DNA of 64,000 nt, taken from IMG/VR virus record IMGVR_UViG_3300009784_000001, positions 278,418 through 342,417 of that record. One strand, given 5' to 3'. Numbering within the stretch: position 1 is the first letter of the stretch; each line of letters starts with the position of its first letter. The position numbers were made by a program, and so were the translations under genes. Of this stretch, positions 59,336-64,000 are shown in pieces. The DNA comes from a virus. Its lineage: Duplodnaviria; Heunggongvirae; Uroviricota; Caudoviricetes. The notes under the pieces were generated by a model, which was given only the letters and a program-made list of their open reading frames with translations, did not search any database and was not told the DNA's origin.

Positions 59336-59575
59336 TAATTTTAAGCTAAAAAATTTGGTAATGTAGAGATAAATTTATATTTTTGCATTACCATTTTTAA
59401 TAATTTTAGTTATGAATAATTTTGAAAAAATTATATTAGTTTGTTTTCTTATTGAACTCATTACTTATGGGATAGCTGGCTACATAGCTGGTTGGGTAAG
59501 AAATGTATGGTTTTCATTTAAATTATACATACCATTTTATAATATTTATTATACTTTAACATCAAAAGATACAAT

Positions 59576-59845
59576 ATGAAAAAGTTAATTTTTATTTTTA
59601 TATTACTTTTAATTATAATTTCCTGTTCTGAAGAAAAAGGAACATATATAATGATTTATAAAGTTTATTATTCTGCTGAACATGTAGTAACTGATACATT
59701 AAAAAGTAATTCTGCATTTATTTATGATTCTGATAAAGGAACAAATTATATATTTGAAGATAATCATTTTTTGTTAAAAACAACAGCACCAATAGAAATT
59801 ATAGAGAATACTTTCATACCAGATAATTCATCTGAAAATAAATAA
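59576..59845 (+). CDS. lipoprotein
   Basis: IISC lipobox, KGTN..TTAPIEI shared with 53831. Confidence 0.7.
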   Translation: MKKLIFIFILLLIIISCSEEKGTYIMIYKVYYSAEHVVTDTLKSNSAFIYDSDKGTNYIFEDNHFLLKTTAPIEIIENTFIPDNSSENK

Positions 59846-59849
59846 AGTT

Positions 59850-60272
59850 ATGAAAACGCTTTCTGTGAAACAACCCTGGAGTACTTTATTATTTTATGGG
59901 AAGGATATTGAAAATAGAAGTTGGAGAACGAATTATAGAGGAGAATTACTAATACATGTTTCTTCTAAACCTTTAATAACTTTAACAGATGCATGGAATA
60001 ATGGCTATTTAACAAGAAAAATAGTTGAATTTATTAAAAATAATAATATTGAGGAGTTTATACTAAATAAATATGGCTTTGAACAATATTGTAAAGGTTT
60101 ACCTACTTCTTGTATATTAGGAAAAGTTACATTAATAGATTGTGTTAGAGATAGCAGATCTATTTGGGCAGAAGAAGATTGTTGGCATTGGATAATAGAA
60201 AATCCTATATTGTTTGATAAGCCAATTGAAAATATAAAAGGAAAATTAAATTTATGGGAATATTATGGCTAA
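59850..60272 (+). CDS. ASCH domain protein
   Basis: LSVKQPW..GKDIENRSW..YRG. Confidence 0.9.
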   Translation: MKTLSVKQPWSTLLFYGKDIENRSWRTNYRGELLIHVSSKPLITLTDAWNNGYLTRKIVEFIKNNNIEEFILNKYGFEQYCKGLPTSCILGKVTLIDCVRDSRSIWAEEDCWHWIIENPILFDKPIENIKGKLNLWEYYG

Positions 60273-61371
60273 AAAAAGTTTATATCAAGTTTTAAATGTT
60301 ACAGAAGAAGAAAAGAAATTACCTCAAGAACAGTTTAATGAAATAATTAAAAAAAGATACAGAGAAAACGCATTGGAAAATCATCCTGATAGGCAACAAG
60401 GGAAATCTGAGGCAGAAAAGAAAATATGTGAAGAAAAATTTAAAGAAGCAGCAGAGGCTTATGAAGTCTTATCAGATGAAAATAAGAGAAGAAATTATGA
60501 TATGACTGGAAGCAATTCTGGTTTTAATTTTTCTCAATTTCATGATGATGATTTAGCAACATTTTTGCATAATTTTATGGGCGGTAATCATTTTGGGTTT
60601 GGTGGTAATTTTGATATGAATACTTCAAGATCACCAAGAATGTATAAAGGAAAAGATGTTACATTTAAGGTTCAATTAAGTATTGATGATGTAATAAATG
60701 GTTGTGAAAAGAAATACAAATATAAAGTAAATAGACCTTGTTCTTATTGTAATGGTGGAGAAAAAACAACTTGCCCTCATTGTAATGGTGCTGGTATAAT
60801 AATCAATACAAGTCAAAGAGGTGGTTTTATAATGCAGCAATCTTCTCCTTGTCCTTATTGTCAAGGAACAGGATTTGTGATTAGTAATAGTTGTTCTTAT
60901 TGCCAAGGAACAGGTTTAAAGGAAACAGAAGAATCTATAACTGTTAAATTCCCAAAAGGAGTAACAATAGGAGATTCATTAATAATTGCAAGTGGAGGTC
61001 ATCATTTACCCCGAAGTATGAATAGTGTTCCTGGTGATTTAAATGTTGTAGTTGGAAATATTGACAGTGGAGAATGGCAAATACAACAATATGATTGTCT
61101 TTTGATGAAAGAAATATCCATTGTTGATATAATTTTAGGTTCAGATATTGAAATCACTGGTATAAGAAAAGAGAAATTAAAAGTTTTTATTCCACGAAAT
61201 ACTAGTAATGAAGCGCATTTTAGGTTAGTTGGAAAAGGATTACCAATGAGAAATTCAAATAGAAATGGAGATGCTTATTTAATTGTTAAATATAAGTTTC
61301 CATCCCAAGAAATTGATAAAGATGATAGGAAAACTCTTGAAAAATTAAAGAAAAGTCCTAATTTTAAATAA
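60265..61371 (+). CDS. dnaJ: chaperone DnaJ
   Basis: HPD, four CxxCxGxG-like repeats. Confidence 0.93.
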   Translation: MAKKSLYQVLNVTEEEKKLPQEQFNEIIKKRYRENALENHPDRQQGKSEAEKKICEEKFKEAAEAYEVLSDENKRRNYDMTGSNSGFNFSQFHDDDLATFLHNFMGGNHFGFGGNFDMNTSRSPRMYKGKDVTFKVQLSIDDVINGCEKKYKYKVNRPCSYCNGGEKTTCPHCNGAGIIINTSQRGGFIMQQSSPCPYCQGTGFVISNSCSYCQGTGLKETEESITVKFPKGVTIGDSLIIASGGHHLPRSMNSVPGDLNVVVGNIDSGEWQIQQYDCLLMKEISIVDIILGSDIEITGIRKEKLKVFIPRNTSNEAHFRLVGKGLPMRNSNRNGDAYLIVKYKFPSQEIDKDDRKTLEKLKKSPNFK

Positions 61372-61393
61372 AATAATAAATTAATAAAAAAAA

Positions 61394-61561
61394 ATGAAAA
61401 AAATTCTTATTTTAGCAGTAGTATTTACTGCAATGTTAGCAAGTTGTTCACCTTCTACAAAAGGAGTTAAAGGAACTGGTGAAAATACTGATTCAACAAT
61501 TGTAGTTGTTGATAGTACTGTAAATGTATCAGATTCTACTTCAACAGTAGTTAATCAATAA
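61394..61561 (+). CDS. small lipoprotein (55 aa) with DST repeats
   Basis: MKKILILAVVFTAMLASC..DSTIVVVDSTVNVSDST. Confidence 0.75.
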   Translation: MKKILILAVVFTAMLASCSPSTKGVKGTGENTDSTIVVVDSTVNVSDSTSTVVNQ

Positions 61562-61676
61562 AATTAAAAATGAAAAGTCAGGAGTAAAATCCTGATTTTT
61601 TGTTTAATTTTTAAATTAAAAATCTTTTGCCACATAAAAAATATTAATACATATATTTATGTATAAAATATAAGAG

Positions 61677-62654
61677 ATGACAAAAAGATTACTAAAAGAA
61701 GATTTTGTAAATAAATCATTATTAAAACAAAAAAAGAAAAAAGATTATTCAAAAGTTGAATATGTAAATAATCATATGCCAGTTTGTATAATTTGCCATG
61801 AATTAGATGAAAATGGAGAAGAGCATGGGGAATTTTGGCAATCCCCAATGAAGCATCAAAATGGTCAAGAAGGGTGTAAAAAATGTCAAGATAAAATTTC
61901 TTGGACATTTGAAATGTGTTTAAGTGAAGCATTAAAGTATAAGAAACGTATAGATTTTTATAAAAATTCTTCAAAAGCATATGATGCAGCTAAATCACAT
62001 AAATGGTTGGATAAAGTTTGTGAACATATGAAAATATGGGGAAATAAATATAAAAGATGTATATATGTTTATGAATTTAAAGAGTTAAATAGTGCTTATA
62101 TTGGTTTAACTTATAATATTAATAATAGAAACAAAGGTCATCACACAAATGGAAGAGTATATAATTTTTCACTAAAAAATAATATTGAAATCCCTAATCC
62201 AATTCAGTTAACTGATTATATTGATGTTGAAGAAGCTGCAAAATTAGAAGGTGAGTTTTTAGATAAATATAAAAAAGAAGAATGGAATATTATTAATAAA
62301 GTAAAAACTGGACAAATAGGCGGTTATTCAAAATATGGCGATTATAATAAAGAAATGTTTATAAATAAAGTAAAAAATTTTAAAAGCATTTATGAAATTG
62401 AAAGAAAAGATGTAAGTATATATAATACTGTTATGAAGATGAAATGGGAAGATGAAGTTTTTAAATGTTTTTATGATAAAAGAAAAGTAGTTTTAATTAA
62501 TATTGAAGATAATACTCATATGATATATAAAACAATTAATGACTTAGCAAGAGAAAACAGAATAAATGCAACAATTGTACAAAAATATATAAAAGAAGAA
62601 AAAATATATAAAAATAGATTTAAATTTATAAAATTTTTAAAATGGGAAAATTAA
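61677..62654 (+). CDS. zinc-ribbon + GIY-YIG putative homing endonuclease
   Basis: PVCIICHE..HGEFWQ; CIYVY..AYIGLT. Confidence 0.75.
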   Translation: MTKRLLKEDFVNKSLLKQKKKKDYSKVEYVNNHMPVCIICHELDENGEEHGEFWQSPMKHQNGQEGCKKCQDKISWTFEMCLSEALKYKKRIDFYKNSSKAYDAAKSHKWLDKVCEHMKIWGNKYKRCIYVYEFKELNSAYIGLTYNINNRNKGHHTNGRVYNFSLKNNIEIPNPIQLTDYIDVEEAAKLEGEFLDKYKKEEWNIINKVKTGQIGGYSKYGDYNKEMFINKVKNFKSIYEIERKDVSIYNTVMKMKWEDEVFKCFYDKRKVVLINIEDNTHMIYKTINDLARENRINATIVQKYIKEEKIYKNRFKFIKFLKWEN

Positions 62655-63265
62655 TTTATAAAGTAGGGGACGCAACCAATCCTTGTGTTGAAAGTGGTAC
62701 AAGAATTATTATTCATATTTGTAATTCAATAGGTTCTTGGGGTAGTGGGTTTGTAGTAGCATTAAGTAAAAAATGGAAACAACCTGAAATGTTATATAAA
62801 CAATGGTTTAGTCAAAGAGCATTTCTTAAAGGAAATGATGCTTTTCAATTAGGTAATATTCAAAAAGTTGCATTAGATGTTGATAAGTATTATGCTAAAA
62901 CTTATGTAATAAATATGATTGCACAAGATGGTATTATGTCTAATATAAGAAATGATATTCCATTAAGATATGATGCTTTAGAAAAATGTTTGCAGAAAGT
63001 TTATGATTTTTGTAGTGAAGAAAGAAAAAAAGGTATTCCAATTTCTGTACACTGTCCTCGTCTTGGAGCAGGGCTTGCAGGAGGTGATTGGAATAAAATT
63101 GAAAAACTAATTGAAAAATGGTTAGTACATGGTAAAGATGGTTTTGATACTTATGTTTATGATTTATCGAATGAGGTTGGTAAATGGAAAGGGACTGTTT
63201 ATGATGGTCAAGAACAGCTAGAAGTAGTTGATAATGAAATTAAGACTGAATTTTTCCCTACTTAA
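62642..63265 (+). CDS. macro domain protein
   Basis: GDAT..HICNSIGSWGSGF..PRLGAGLAGGDW. Confidence 0.88.
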   Translation: MGKLIYKVGDATNPCVESGTRIIIHICNSIGSWGSGFVVALSKKWKQPEMLYKQWFSQRAFLKGNDAFQLGNIQKVALDVDKYYAKTYVINMIAQDGIMSNIRNDIPLRYDALEKCLQKVYDFCSEERKKGIPISVHCPRLGAGLAGGDWNKIEKLIEKWLVHGKDGFDTYVYDLSNEVGKWKGTVYDGQEQLEVVDNEIKTEFFPT

Positions 63266-63783
63266 TGGAAACTTCATCTGGAATAATATTGTTTAGAGAA
63301 AGAAGTAATACAAAAGAACTTGAATTTTTTGTAGCTCATCCTGGTGGTCCATTTCATAAAAATAATGATATATGGTATTTTCCTAAAGGCGGTATAGAAG
63401 AAAAAGATTATCATATGTTACCAAGTGGTTATAAATGTTCAGAACTTCAAGCAGCATGGACAGCTTCTTATAGAGAATTTTATGAAGAAACTGGTGATAT
63501 GACATTACAACTTCTTTCTTCTTTACCCATATATTTGGGAAAAATTAAACAATCTACAAAAAAGAATGTTATAGCATTTGCAAAAGAATGTTATTGGAAT
63601 TTAGATCCTGATAAATGTTATTCAAATGAAATAGAAATTGAATATCCTTCTAAATCAGGAAAGTTTATTACAATACCTGAAAATGATAAATTTGCTTGGA
63701 TGACTTATGAAAATTTAAAAGATAAAACTCACCCAAAACATTTAGTTTTTTATGAACAAATAATTGAAAAATATAAAAAATGA
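63265..63783 (+). CDS. NUDIX hydrolase
   Basis: HPGGPF..FPKG..REFYEETG. Confidence 0.85.
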   Translation: METSSGIILFRERSNTKELEFFVAHPGGPFHKNNDIWYFPKGGIEEKDYHMLPSGYKCSELQAAWTASYREFYEETGDMTLQLLSSLPIYLGKIKQSTKKNVIAFAKECYWNLDPDKCYSNEIEIEYPSKSGKFITIPENDKFAWMTYENLKDKTHPKHLVFYEQIIEKYKK

Positions 63784-64000
63784 CAAAAAAGGAATTAATT
63801 GAATTATTATCTAATTATGAAGATGATACATTGATATTAGTAGATGGCTATGAAAATGGTTATGATGATATTGAAAATATAACAATTGGTGGAGTTTATC
63901 CTCGTTTAGCTCATGAATGGTGGGAAGGTAAGTATTCTAATGCTGATGAAGATTGGCAAAATTATCCTGAATTAAGAGAAGAAATAGATAAAATGCAAGA

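Noticed and set aside
1-64000. Stop-codon reassignment (as in Lak or some crAss-like phages)
   Set aside because: Long genes are intact in code 11, several genes end in TAG or TGA, and no suppressor tRNA was seen.

Overview
Very AT-rich, densely coding segment of a large (jumbo-type) tailed phage genome. It uses the standard genetic code and very probably infects a Bacteroidota host, judging from more than 12 TTTG-N19/20-TAnnTTTG promoters. 0-21 kb: RuvC-like resolvase (partial), SbcC/SbcD (gp46/47-like) nuclease, a sigma-70 factor, probable virion-internal proteins, holin-like genes and repeated zinc-ribbon endonucleases. 21.6-34.9 kb: a tRNA island of about 28 tRNA or tRNA-like genes mixed with HNH genes. 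35-64 kb: four DNA methyltransferases, a fibre-like protein, PI-PLC, amidase, phosphatases, Hsp20/DnaK/DnaJ, PncB, MetK, macro and NUDIX genes. Main discoveries: (1) three tRNA operons each sit behind a short leader ORF and terminator/antiterminator, and the leader codons match the downstream tRNAs (Gln/Gly/Trp; Ser/Tyr/Phe/Leu/Cys/Thr/Ala; Glu/Asn/Asp/Pro/Lys), an apparent ribosome-stalling attenuation system for on-demand tRNA supply; (2) a six-member stem+RTWCAGCA RNA family, free-standing and circularly permuted inside tRNA anticodon arms; (3) compensatory rewiring of the tRNA elbow pairs; (4) a SAM-II-like riboswitch before phage metK, alongside a T3-type SAM lyase; (5) host-type sigma-54-like heat-shock promoters. 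All calls are by eye; no searches were run.
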